Below the pieces are notes generated by a model. It worked only from the letters and a program-made list of their open reading frames with translations. It did no database searches and was not told the DNA's origin. From an uncultured delta proteobacterium (GTDB taxonomy: Bacteria > Desulfobacterota > Binatia > UBA9968), in the NCBI GenBank assembly GCA_963737905.1, contig CAVTUQ010000028.1, forward strand, positions 182,942-246,941: 64,000 nucleotides of DNA, in the 5' to 3' direction. Positions within the stretch are counted from its first letter, which is position 1, and every line of letters begins with the position of its first letter. Position numbers and translations under genes: made by a program. Positions 37,468 through 50,615 of the stretch are shown piece after piece.

Positions 37468-37670
37468 CTCTGATCATTCACTCGTGACAACGACGTGACG
37501 ATTTCGCCTGCTCCGTCAGCGGGGACAGCAACGGAATCCAACTACCGACACGAAGTTTCCTCGACTATCAGAAACTAATGCATTCATCGGCCGCAGGCTC
37601 AGTGAATTACCGTGAGCAACTAATCCCGGCTTTTCGATCGGGGAGCCGGAGCCGGTCAGGGTCTGGAGGA

Positions 37671-38102
37671 TTATTCTCTCTTCCCTGCGCGGGCCATCAG
37701 TAATTGCTCCCGGCATTCTCGCGGCGTTACGATTGGCAACGATGATTGATCGGCAATGTCGAGAAGGTCTTTATCACCTATGGCCAACAGATCCGCCTGA
37801 CCGGCGACCGCGGAAGCCAACACCCAACGGTCAGCAGGATCCCGGATCGGAAGATCGGCGGGGTGAAGAGGCTTGGGAACGATGGTTTGATCTCTGAGCT
37901 CGCGTTCGATCTCTTCGATCAGAGCAGGCCGTACTCTAAACGGGCGCCGGCGCAGAACAGACCGAAGTTCGGCAAGATTGACTTCTCCCGTCAGAAGCGA
38001 ACATTGCGGATCAGTTAGGATTAGTTCGAGCAGCTCCGCGCAAAATTCTTGACGGGCGGTATATGCGCTGACAAGCACGTTCGTATCGAGAAATATCCTC
38101 AC
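37671..38102 (-). CDS. PIN-family toxin
   Basis: IFLDTNVLVSA...RDPADRWVLASA...GDKDLL. Confidence 0.88.
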   Translation of the reverse strand: MRIFLDTNVLVSAYTARQEFCAELLELILTDPQCSLLTGEVNLAELRSVLRRRPFRVRPALIEEIERELRDQTIVPKPLHPADLPIRDPADRWVLASAVAGQADLLAIGDKDLLDIADQSSLPIVTPRECREQLLMARAGKRE

Positions 38103-38323
38103 GATACGGCGTTGAAGATGTCCTCATCGGTGAGAATACCGGCCTTAGCTTCAATCTCGGAGAGAACCGCTTGGCGGGTTTTTCGAAAACGCAGGAGGGC
38201 CACCTGGCGCTTGAGAGCATCGCGCGCGATTTCGCTTTTGCTCTGCCTAAGGGATCGTGACAGACGCTTCAGTTCACGATCAAGCTTGGCATCGACGCGG
38301 ATAGTTACCGTGGATGATTTCAT
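38099..38323 (-). CDS. Ribbon-helix-helix (CopG) antitoxin
   Basis: TVTIRVD...L..LS....SKSEIARDAL; stop overlaps the toxin start. Confidence 0.85.
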   Translation of the reverse strand: MKSSTVTIRVDAKLDRELKRLSRSLRQSKSEIARDALKRQVALLRFRKTRQAVLSEIEAKAGILTDEDIFNAVS

Positions 38324-38466
38324 AGCGGTAATGTAATACGTCTGGCGCGCAGTGGCAACTTGTTAGGACCTCTACATGGGGCACCAAAGGTTATCGAAGT
38401 ATCACGTCGACCTGCTCCTGCACGTTGGAGAGTTGTTTTGATGAGCGCAGAGCTTATAACCGTAAT

Positions 38467-38516
38467 GTGGCCAGGGATAGAATCGAACCGCCGATCCGAG
38501 AATTTTCAGTCCTCTG
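38467..38516 (-). pseudogene. Degenerate 3' half of tRNA-Phe(GAA), att-like remnant
   Basis: Reverse strand CAGAGGACTGAAAATTCTCGGATCGGCGGTTCGATTCTATCCCTGGCCAC: anticodon arm, T-loop and acceptor 3' strand; no 5' half. Confidence 0.7.
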
Positions 38517-38640
38517 ACCGTAGCGAGACTATGTGACACCATTGGTCGCTATTTGTATCTATTCAAGCGTTTAACGGCGCTTCCAGTCGGTCGATTTTAC
38601 CGATTCGAACACATAGTAACATATAGTTCTGGCAAAGTTG

Positions 38641-38698
38641 TGTCGAACACAGCGCCCAGAACCGAAGTATCGACGTAAAGTTTCACAGTTGATATCAT
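38641..38698 (-). pseudogene. PIN toxin N-terminal stub
   Basis: MISTVKLYVDTSVLGAVFD, then truncated. Confidence 0.5.
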
Positions 38699-38821
38699 CC
38701 TATGCAAGATCGGTAGTGGTGGCAAATCGCGATCGAATGAGCCATCCAAAATCAGAAATTAAAGAACCAAAATCGAAGTCGTAAGATGTGGCCGAACAAG
38801 GTGCTAGAATAGGATGGTTAG

Positions 38822-39465
<644 letters not shown>

Positions 39466-39561
39466 ATTCATGCTCATTATCAACCTGAAGGTTGGCCAAG
39501 CAGATCGGCCTGACGATTCCGCCCAACGTGCTGGCGCGGGCGGACAAAGTGATCAGATGAG
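39466..39561 (+). pseudogene. C-terminal remnant of an ABC substrate-binding protein (ABC_sub_bind type)
   Basis: FMLIINLK / AKQIGLTIPPNVLARADKVIR*. Confidence 0.65.
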
Positions 39562-39719
39562 CAAGAGGCATGTGGGCGACGGAGGCTGGCTCACTTAGGG
39601 CGAGCGGACATCGAATTGAGAATGCACCGGTGACTGAATATGAGATGTTCCAATCTAACGTGGCGAATACTCGAACCTTCCGAGCTGACGGCTTATATTG
39701 TTATCCTCCACGATTAAAA

Positions 39720-42138
<2,419 letters not shown>

Positions 42139-42471
42139 ATAAACAACGAGACCGAACCGGAGATGTTGGTCGGGAGAGAAACTATACGTATGACAGGATC
42201 GGCTTACGCCGCCGCAGCAAACTTCCCCAGCGACCGAACTGACTTGTACTTCAGGTGGTTGGCGGCGTCAACGATGAAATCTAACTGTGCGAGTTTGGCA
42301 ACTTCTCGCGATCAATATTCAAATCCTGAATCGTTTTCTGGCAGAGACCCATAAGCCGAGCGGTTGCGGTGATCGACGGATGTAGACGGCGCTTCTGATA
42401 CCTCCGCGGTCCTGGCTGGTCAACTAATCTTCCTGCGTGTGAATAAATCACATTCGGACGACCTGCTTGTA

Positions 42472-42945
42472 CTATGCCGGCATCCCTCCCGCTTGGATTA
42501 CCGCGGCGATGTACGCGGCATCCTCCCGCTGTTGATATGGACCCGTGGCGATCACCACAGTAGCGGCTTCCATCGTGCCATTTTGAGTGCGGACGAGATA
42601 TCGCCCTTCGGATAAGCCTTGCTCCAGGGACGTCACAGCAACTCCACAACGCACCGGGGCTTTGATGAAATCAGCATAACCATCAAGAAATCGAACGACT
42701 TCATGACCCGGCGCGAAGGCATCTGGGTCGTCGCATTGGTATTTGTACCCAGGCAATTCAATAGTCCAGTTGGGAAATTGGAAGTAGAAAGAATCCCAGC
42801 GCTCGCTGCGCCAACGTTCACCTACTCGGCCCCGCTCAAGAATCACATGTTCTCGTCGGAGTTGGCTAAGAAAGTAGCTCATCGTCAGCCCAGCGTGACC
42901 GCCGCCGATGATGGCCGTCTCAACGTGCTCCGTGCCTCCTGTCAT
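42472..42945 (-). pseudogene. Flavin monooxygenase (CzcO-like) with a large internal deletion
   Basis: IIGGGHAG, ERGRVGERW, VIATG, then jumps directly to the C-terminal EDAAYIA. Confidence 0.7.
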
Positions 42946-43007
42946 ATACCGGAGCCTCCCTGTCCGTGAGAGTTACGCCTCGGGGGGATCGAAAATTACT
43001 CATCCGG

Positions 43008-43430
43008 TCAGCCCGATAGCGAGATGCCCAAGAGACGCGTCGCGTTGCCAGCGTAAATATCGTCTAGCTCCGCCGCTGTTAAACCTAGCGCTTCAATATC
43101 GCGCCGCTGCAACTCGATGTCTTCCCGCAAAGGGATATCGGTGCCGAACATGATCTGTTTCGCCCCAAACATCGAGAGAGCCATGCGGAGAGCCGGCACG
43201 TTCCGACACACAGTGTCGTAGTAGAAGCGCTTGAAGTAGGCTTCGGGCGGCGCGCTAATCTTTTCGCTGCACGCTGGGAACCGCTCGTAACCCCATTGCA
43301 ACCGACCAATGAGGTAAGGCGCGAGTCCGCCCAAGTGAGGAAAGATCATTTGTAGCGAGGGGGAGCGCTCAAAAACTCCGGCATAGACCAGGCGCACAGC
43401 CGCAAGGGTAGTCTCCGAACATGAACCCGA
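43008..43430 (-). pseudogene. Amidohydrolase_2 C-terminal fragment
   Basis: GVFER.P.L...HLGG...FYYDT...MFGTD.P...GNA.RLL; N-terminal half absent. Confidence 0.75.
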
Positions 43431-44012
43431 CGACATTGGCAAGGTTCATCTTATTTGTCTCAAGCCGAAAAAGTTCCTGCACCTTTTCGTTCCTCCAGCT
43501 AGTGATCTGCGTTGATCCCTACAAGAGCAACTGGAAAATACTCTTACCGAAAACTTTTCGCGCCTCAGCGCTCAGGAATGTGCGCAATAGGGATACCACA
43601 ACCAGAATCTCTGACAGAGCGACCCAATGTGTTGAATTACAGGAGAAATTCCTCGTACATAACGCACAGTGGTCACCCAAGCAAGAGAGCGGGTAACTTT
43701 GTGAACACTGTGCGTAACCAAAAGGATGCACCGTTGGTTGCCGATTTCTTTGACCTGGGCTTTTATTACAGGGATCTGAAGAGTCCTTTGACCGCCAGAA
43801 ACTCACCATTTCCCCACCGACAGGAGGCTCTCAATCTCCGCCGTCGCTGTTTAGCAATCTCTCTACATCGGGACTACCTGATGACAAGTCAAGCAACCCC
43901 CCACAAGCCAGCCAGTCCAAACGGCTGTCGGTCCTTGAGATAAACCCACATTGGGACTTTGCGCTTGTACCACGAGCGGAGGCCCGTCGTCCTCCCAGGC
44001 GAAGCAGCATAT

Positions 44013-44258
44013 TTAGCCACGCCGCTTATCTATCCATTCCTTGCATAGGTCTACTCCGTGTTGCTCCGCTTGCTCCTTATTTTCGAACAACTTGCCATCG
44101 ATTTTTTGAACCTGAATCATCGATCCAAACTTGTCCCGCTGATAAATAACACCAACTGACGTCAAGCCCTTCGCCGACTCGGGTCTTGCCCACGCACCGA
44201 TGATAAAGCCACCGTATTCGTAAAAGGTCAGCGAAGGGATCTGATTAGTGTCGTCCAT
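44013..44258 (-). CDS. Hypothetical small protein
   Basis: MDDTNQIPSLTFYEYGGFII...AEQHGVDLCKEWIDKR; a sigma54-like motif lies just upstream. Confidence 0.55.
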   Translation of the reverse strand: MDDTNQIPSLTFYEYGGFIIGAWARPESAKGLTSVGVIYQRDKFGSMIQVQKIDGKLFENKEQAEQHGVDLCKEWIDKRRG

Positions 44259-44270
44259 GAACAGTAGCAG

Positions 44271-44286
44271 GCAACCCCTATGCCAA
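44271..44286 (-). promoter_or_regulatory. Putative sigma54 -24/-12 promoter
   Basis: Reverse strand TTGGCAT-AGGGG-TTGC. Confidence 0.5.
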
Positions 44287-44502
44287 TTTTGCGATTTGAA
44301 TTTATGATAGTAAGACGAAACAGTGAAGGGTATTTCATATAGAGAAACCACCCAATACGAATTCCGCATACACAAGTAACTTGCCTGCTGGAAATACGGT
44401 TATGCGGGAGATAGCACGGTCTCTCCATGTTCCCGGACCCTATTGCTGGCCGATTCTAGTTGTCGCATAGCTGACAAGCCGATGTTGACATAGATAGTCT
44501 AG

Positions 44503-44781
44503 TTGGTTGAAATTTCTATTGCTCACTATGAGTCACTTCTGAAGTACGCCAGCGAAACCTCGCCCCCATACCTAAGGCTGAAAAATGCAGTGAAGACTGA
44601 GGCAAAGACTATTGCCATTCTGTGCGATCTAGACCAAGCACAGATGCTTCGCGGAGTTGCAAAACATTTTTGTCCCGCCGCTGTACCGCAAATTGAGAAA
44701 TCAATTAGACTCGCTGCATTTCGTAACTCATTGCCGGCAAATCTCCGTAAACTGATAAACTCAACGCGTGGCAAAGGTTGA
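44503..44781 (+). CDS. Hypothetical protein (paralog of 46245-46502)
   Basis: IS..HY..LL...S..Y..LKN...ILC....A.ML...A...CP.A...I...IRL. Confidence 0.6.
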   Translation: MVEISIAHYESLLKYASETSPPYLRLKNAVKTEAKTIAILCDLDQAQMLRGVAKHFCPAAVPQIEKSIRLAAFRNSLPANLRKLINSTRGKG

Positions 44782-44956
44782 AACAGATTGCTCATGCAAC
44801 CACGGTGGGTCTGCGAAGACCATCTAGATCAGCCGTGGGGGCATGATGGCTGCGGAGCTGCGGGAGAACTTGGTACCAATCCAGAGTGCGACAAGGAGAC
44901 AGATTCTATTTTTTGAGTCTACTTGCGACGTTGACTTAACCGACTGACTCCGGATC

Positions 44957-45208
44957 TCAAGTTCGAGGCTCGGTTATGCGTAGGGCAAAATACGGGACCA
45001 AGTTCAACAGGATAATGCCTATCTTGTAAACCGACATCCCCGCATAGTGAAGCATGTCAAACTGCTCCACCGAAAGATGAAACCATCTTCCGTGAAGCCC
45101 ATACATCCAATCGTGCCCAAGCATGAAGAACAGGAACCAAACTAATAAAATTCCATAATTGATTATTGTGCACCACAGAAGAGCACGACGCATTACTTCG
45201 ATAGTCAC
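44957..45208 (-). CDS. Small membrane protein (DUF6868-like)
   Basis: GTG after GAGGAG; LLWCTIINYGILLVWF...H.RWF.LS.EQFD..HY.GM..YKI.I...NLVPY.AL. Confidence 0.7.
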   Translation of the reverse strand: MTIEVMRRALLWCTIINYGILLVWFLFFMLGHDWMYGLHGRWFHLSVEQFDMLHYAGMSVYKIGIILLNLVPYFALRITEPRT

Positions 45209-45833
45209 GGTTCTCCTCTTGATTTCCGTAGTGGAATGACCTGGCCGTATCGTCCCACCGCCTTTAATCGCGGCCCGACAGCGTTGCTCCGGCGTGGCCA
45301 AAAAGGATGGAAAACTTTTAGAGCGAGTAAGCCTATAGAGTTCCGTCTTGTATTGCTCCAAGCGCCCAAGCTGATTCATGCGTTCTTCTATCGCATAGGC
45401 ATGGATGAGGTTAGTCGAGTAGTAGGGCACCTTGGCCAACCTCCAGCGACCGGCTTTATCCTGTTTCCTACCGACCAGGGAACCTTCATGCTTGTGAACA
45501 TTCTGCCAGCCGAACCAGATTAACTCCCCAAGTCGTCCCGTACAATTCGGCTGTCGTGGGAGTTTCTGTCTAGTATTTAGGCACCGACAAGTCATGAAAT
45601 TCCGGCAAAATCTCTGGATTCCTTAGAACCTCCTATAAATGACAAATACAAAGAAACCAAAAGTTGTGATGATTTGTCAATCATCGGAACTGCGAAAAGT
45701 CGATAACATTACAATTGTTTGATTTAATTGAGATTTCGCTGTTCATTGTTTGGGCAATCTGGTAGAGGTGTGCTCTGGGTATGCCGCATTACAGGGTAAC
45801 TAGGCAACTTACTCACAGCTTTATCCACATCTC

Positions 45834-46235
45834 TTGTGGAAATCTCACCGCGACGGGAACCATCTAAGCAACGGACAACGTGTGTCCGACCATGCAGCTA
45901 AACCCGCCACACAAGTAATGCTATCAACTATTAAAAACTTACCAGCTCGATACAGTATCTTTGCTCTTTGCAATAAATGCGGCAGTACTCATGACATGGC
46001 GGTTTCCGTGATTTTAAACGATGGCCCTGTTGAGAAACAAAGCATTGGGCACGTGTACGATGACAAGACTCTTCCGACGATTCTCGCGGCTCTCACCGGT
46101 CGAAGCGTCAGTTGCCCAATACAGGCAGACAATCCATCCAGAAAGATAAGCATCAAATATTTCTACTTCAACTACAAACTGATCACCTACACAGGCATCT
46201 TGCTTCATGACTTCTGGAGTTTAAGGATTGAGTAG
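45834..46235 (+). CDS. Hypothetical protein with a CxxC motif (start uncertain, possibly frameshifted)
   Basis: YSIFALCNKCGSTH...SCP. Confidence 0.4.
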   Translation: MWKSHRDGNHLSNGQRVSDHAAKPATQVMLSTIKNLPARYSIFALCNKCGSTHDMAVSVILNDGPVEKQSIGHVYDDKTLPTILAALTGRSVSCPIQADNPSRKISIKYFYFNYKLITYTGILLHDFWSLRIE

Positions 46236-46244
46236 TCCTTCTCC

Positions 46245-46502
46245 ATGAAGATATTGCTCGACATTTCACCGGAACATTATGACCGTATACTCAGTGAGTT
46301 TGACGAGGAGTCTCGCATTTATGCTATTCTCAAAAACGGTCTCGTAATTCACCACCATGAGGCAGGTAACGAAATTAGAACGGTTGAAATCCTGTGCGAA
46401 AAATTTCACGCACGAATGATCCTCGCTGCTGCTGAGATGTACTGCCCTGAAGCCACAGCTGAGATCGCAGAGGCGATCAGACTTTCTCGCACGCTCCACT
46501 AA
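46245..46502 (+). CDS. Hypothetical protein (paralog of 44503-44781)
   Basis: Same motif order as 44503-44781. Confidence 0.65.
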   Translation: MKILLDISPEHYDRILSEFDEESRIYAILKNGLVIHHHEAGNEIRTVEILCEKFHARMILAAAEMYCPEATAEIAEAIRLSRTLH

Positions 46503-46876
46503 CACGTCTATTGTGGTCTGCACGCCTGGTGCTATGGGATGATTTGTTAATCATCTACGGCGGTGACTGAAAATCTTAAATAGTTTCGCTCTTAGTCCAT
46601 TTCTAAACTTCCCCTAGGAACAGCGAAGTGCAGGAAGGCATTTTTTGGTGCGTCGAAACCATTACGGCCATTTCTTTTCTTTTTCAGAAGCGACTTTAGT
46701 CAGCGGTTGTTAAATGCTTGCTTCGTCCACGAAAGTGAAAGGATTGATAGCCAATTTTGCACAACCAACAAAAACACTTCCCTCTATTTGTAGAATTTCG
46801 TCAAAAAGATCTGTACATCAGTAAATCAAATCTGATAGGAATATTTTAGTTCGGAAGATTTTCTTAGGAAAAAATT

Positions 46877-47095
46877 ATGAAACAGAATTGTCAACATTGT
46901 GGGGAGTTAATTGTAGGTGACGCTTATTGGGTGACGAGTGAACACGAAGGCATCCCTTTGCTTGACTTGATTGTTTGCTCCCTCTGCTCTATGGAGGCAA
47001 AAAGGCTTGGTCTCCATACGGAGGAAATCAATGTCAGGAACAAACAAGTTTTAGCTCGTAACCGAGGGAATCATCCTCCGCGACTCGGCATTTAA
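46877..47095 (+). CDS. Small CxxC...CxxC zinc-finger-like protein
   Basis: CQHC...CSLC; AGGA before the ATG. Confidence 0.5.
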   Translation: MKQNCQHCGELIVGDAYWVTSEHEGIPLLDLIVCSLCSMEAKRLGLHTEEINVRNKQVLARNRGNHPPRLGI

Positions 47096-47417
47096 TTCCG
47101 GCCTTCGGTTTTCTCGCAGAATGACTGCCTCTTGACCGCGATTGGACGCGAAGAGAAGTTTCGTATCAGGCTTGCGGTCTAAAAACGCCCCAACGGCGCG
47201 AAGGGTATTGGAGAGAAAACCCAATAGAATTTTTCTGCTTTACCATTAGATTGCCACAAGTGAGAATTCTGGTGCGAAGGTTCATGCTACCAGAATCAGT
47301 CACAACATCCTGTGGTCGGACAGAACGTGATTTTCCGGTTTGCTGTTCTTAAACCAATTGTTTCGCCCCCATTCTGACTCGTTCAGGCCCTCGACGGAGT
47401 GCGATGCTGATTGCCCT

Positions 47418-48281
47418 TTACGCTCGGTATTTCGCCTCGATCTCTTTTAACTCTTTGTTACCGAGATCGCTGTACCATTTGCGCGTTTCATCGATGCCCG
47501 GTGTTTCCTTGAAGTAGCGCGCTTCGGTGCCGCTTTTCTTTAGTTCCTCTAAACATTGGCGCATGCCGTGCAACGCCGCCACCTGCAACACCGTGGGAAT
47601 ACAGCCGACGCGCCCACCCAGCTCACCGTAACGATCGATGGTCATAATTTGGCGCGGTGGAACGCCGACCATGGGCTTGCCAAGTTTGGCGAAGGCTTTA
47701 ACATCTTCCTCGCTCCGGGCGCTCACCCATACGGCGTCGGCACCGGCCTCGGCGCAGGCTTGCAAGCGGTCGAGCCGCTGTTGCAGCGAGTCCTTCACTT
47801 CGGAGCGGGCGATGATCACCATGTTTTCGTCACGTCGCGTGTCAACGGCTGCTTTGATCTTGGCCACAAACTCTTCTTTAGAAACGACACCCACGTCGAA
47901 TCCCTCGTGACCCGCCCGTTTGGGAGTCATCTGGTCCTCGATGTGAATCGCGGCGACGCCGGCACGGTCGAACTCCCGCACCGCGCGGACAACGTTCACC
48001 ACGTTGCCGTAGCCCGTCTCCGCGTCGCTTACAATAGGAATTTGAACCGCGTCGACGATCTCCCGCGCGCGATTGATCATCTCGGTGAGGGTGAGCAACC
48101 CGGCATCGGCGAACCCGAGAGAGCGATGCTGGCCGCTGCCCGAAATATGCACCAAGGGGAATCCGAGCCATTCGACCAGCCGCGCCTGAATGCCGTCATT
48201 ACAACTCGGCGCAACGTGGCATCCCGGCCCCTCCATCATTGTGCGCAACGCCTTTCGTTTTTCCGTTGTTGTTGCTTCCAT
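47418..48281 (-). CDS. Isocitrate lyase/PEP mutase superfamily enzyme
   Basis: SG, D.G.L, DAETGYG, HIEDQ..PKRAGH, IIAR, AGAD. Confidence 0.9.
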   Translation of the reverse strand: MEATTTEKRKALRTMMEGPGCHVAPSCNDGIQARLVEWLGFPLVHISGSGQHRSLGFADAGLLTLTEMINRAREIVDAVQIPIVSDAETGYGNVVNVVRAVREFDRAGVAAIHIEDQMTPKRAGHEGFDVGVVSKEEFVAKIKAAVDTRRDENMVIIARSEVKDSLQQRLDRLQACAEAGADAVWVSARSEEDVKAFAKLGKPMVGVPPRQIMTIDRYGELGGRVGCIPTVLQVAALHGMRQCLEELKKSGTEARYFKETPGIDETRKWYSDLGNKELKEIEAKYRA

Positions 48282-48356
48282 GTTACTTTTCCTTTCTTGC
48301 TTCTTTTGATTCTAACTCGGTGGTTAGCGAAGTCGCGGCATCCCGTTGGTTTTGTT

Positions 48357-48640
48357 CACCACGAAGTGATTCATGATCTTACGCTCGTCCACAAAACATG
48401 AAAATAAAGAGCTCGTCATGCCGGCATGGATGGCCGGCATCCAGGTGCGCAGGATGCGTCCGGAGACATCCGTGTCGGCCTGGATTCCAGCACTCCATGC
48501 TGGAATGACGCAATCGAGGGATTCTACTTGAACTGACCGAAACACATCCGGCCGCGTATTTTTCAAAGGAGAGCGCGAAGGACACGAAGGTTCGGATGTT
48601 TTTGATTATAAACTTCGGGCTCTTCGTGGCCTTCGTGGTA
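48357..48640. repeat. MITE/REP-like element copy 2 with a flanking CACGAAG...CTTCGTG hairpin
   Basis: 48391-48572 is colinear with 29185-29368; gcgaaggacacgaagg...cttcgtggccttcgtgg. Confidence 0.85.
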
Positions 48641-48674
48641 AGCATTGCTTTTCACCCACCCATCTCAGCGGCGA

Positions 48675-50495
48675 TTAATGCCGGGGTACTTCCCGGCCGG
48701 CCGGGTTGGACACCGCAGGCCCAGCGAGTCCGCCCGCATTCACACTCTGCATATCATGACGCACGCCGAAGCGCAGGCCAAAGTATCTGACAATAAGTGC
48801 TCCGGTCACCGTGAGGCCGATGATGAAGATGCTGATGATGCTCGCAGCCTCCCGATTGCTGATGGCAATCGACGACAATTCAAGAGCCATGAGCGAAAGC
48901 GTCATGGTATCGCGGGAAGCAAGCAAGATGATGCTGCCGGTGGCGCCAGCTGCGCTGACGAAGTTCATGACCGCCAGGAGCATCAGACTGGGCATCAGCA
49001 ACGGTAGCCAGATCTGGAAGTAAGTTCGGATCCATCCCGCTCCGGACACGCGCGCGGCTTCCTCCATATCCGAGCCCACCTGCACGAACACGCCTTTCAT
49101 AATGTTCACACCCGTGGTTTTTCCCTGAAGGATGACCACTATGATGAGCGCCCAGATGGTTCCGAAGAGAAAGTTGAGCACAGGCGTGCCGAGGAACAAC
49201 CACAAAAGACCGAGGCCCGCGAGGATACCCGGGATCGCCCCGGAACACCAGACCATCAGGTCCAGCGCCCCACGGCCAGGCAGGCGCGTACGCACCAGGA
49301 TATAGGCGATCACCGAGAACAATAGCGGGCTCAAGATAGCAGCGGTGACGCCCAGCAACAGCGTGGTACGCAGCGCCTTGACGAACACAGGATCGCTCCA
49401 TACGAATTTCCAGTGATCGAACGTGAAGCCGAGGACGAAGTATCCGATCCGGGTCATGAAACTGCCCAGGACCAAAACGATCAGCGGCCCGACGGTGAGA
49501 AGCACGAGAAGCGAGGTAATCAATCCGAAGGCGACAGTATTCCAACGGCCAAGATCGATGAGACCGGGCCGGAAGCTGCCCGTGATGGTCGTGTAGCGGC
49601 GGCGCTCCAGGATCCAACGTTGCAGGGGAATGATCAACGCAATCATCAATAAGGTAATACTTGCAAGTACCGTCGCTTCGCCATAGTTGGGGATCGGGTC
49701 TCGTATCAGCGCAAAGATCTTTGTGGAATAGACATAAAAGCCAAAGGGCACTCCCAACAGGTATTCAGTTTCAAAGGACTGGAAAACGCGCAGAAGTTGC
49801 AACGCAAGGACCAGAATCATCGGTGAAATCATCAGGGGTAGCGTGACTCTAAACAAAGTACGCAGGTTGCTGGCGCCGCCGACTCGCGCAGCCTCCTCCA
49901 AACTCGCATCCATGTTGCGGAAGGCCGGCGTGAGCAGCATGACCTTGATGGAAATGCCGTGACCCATCAGGTTCGCAAAGACGATGCCCGGGACACTGAA
50001 GATATTGAAAGGACCTTGCTCGAATAATCCGAGCTTCTTGAGGCCCACATTGATCCATCCGATGTCCGGATCCAACAAGGTAATCCACGCGATGGTGGTG
50101 GGAAGAGCGGGCACCATGTAAGAAATCCAGAACATGAATTCCAACGTGTGGCTGAAGGGAATCCTGGTTCGCGCCAGGATCCAGGCAATGGCAACCCCGA
50201 TCGGGAAACTGGCAGCCACCGTGAATAACCAGATGAGAAGAGAGTTGCCCAACGACCGGAGCAAACCGGGCCGCTGGAATGCGTTCTGCCAGTGCCGCAA
50301 TCCCAAACGCCAGGGCTCGACGAACCAATCCGTTGCAGTATTAAAACTGTTGATCAGCAGGAGAATGACCGGCCAGATGAGAAAGTAACCCAGGGACAAC
50401 AACACCGCTGCCATCACGAAATGACCCGACGTTAGACGCGGCGCCGGTACGCTACGCGGAACGCTAAGCTCTTCTATGGCGGGGGAATGATCCAC
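48675..50495 (-). CDS. Iron/FbpB-type ABC permease
   Basis: Two EAA loops (LEEAARVGGA, MEEAARVSGA); about 12 TM. Confidence 0.9.
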   Translation of the reverse strand: MDHSPAIEELSVPRSVPAPRLTSGHFVMAAVLLSLGYFLIWPVILLLINSFNTATDWFVEPWRLGLRHWQNAFQRPGLLRSLGNSLLIWLFTVAASFPIGVAIAWILARTRIPFSHTLEFMFWISYMVPALPTTIAWITLLDPDIGWINVGLKKLGLFEQGPFNIFSVPGIVFANLMGHGISIKVMLLTPAFRNMDASLEEAARVGGASNLRTLFRVTLPLMISPMILVLALQLLRVFQSFETEYLLGVPFGFYVYSTKIFALIRDPIPNYGEATVLASITLLMIALIIPLQRWILERRRYTTITGSFRPGLIDLGRWNTVAFGLITSLLVLLTVGPLIVLVLGSFMTRIGYFVLGFTFDHWKFVWSDPVFVKALRTTLLLGVTAAILSPLLFSVIAYILVRTRLPGRGALDLMVWCSGAIPGILAGLGLLWLFLGTPVLNFLFGTIWALIIVVILQGKTTGVNIMKGVFVQVGSDMEEAARVSGAGWIRTYFQIWLPLLMPSLMLLAVMNFVSAAGATGSIILLASRDTMTLSLMALELSSIAISNREAASIISIFIIGLTVTGALIVRYFGLRFGVRHDMQSVNAGGLAGPAVSNPAGREVPRH

Positions 50496-50507
50496 GGCAA
50501 TTTTTAC

Positions 50508-50612
50508 TCGTTCAAGTCGTTCAAATGGTTCAAACCGTTCAAGCCGTTTTTTTCGATTCGGAGAATCGGACGATTTGAACTGCTTGAACGTTTTGAACGG
50601 CTTGAACCATTC
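50508..50612. repeat. 9-mer GTTCAAnnn inverted hairpin between the SBP and permease genes
   Basis: gttcaagtc gttcaaatg gttcaaacc gttcaagcc ... ttgaactgc ttgaacgtt ttgaacggc ttgaacc. Confidence 0.85.
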
Positions 50613-50615
50613 GAG

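Noticed and set aside
47270-47280. TGGTGCGAAGG as a tRNA 3' end closing an island
   Set aside because: Only about 11 nt with no T-arm, so indistinguishable from chance
47556-48401. 281-aa plus-strand ORF
   Set aside because: Antisense to the ICL-family gene
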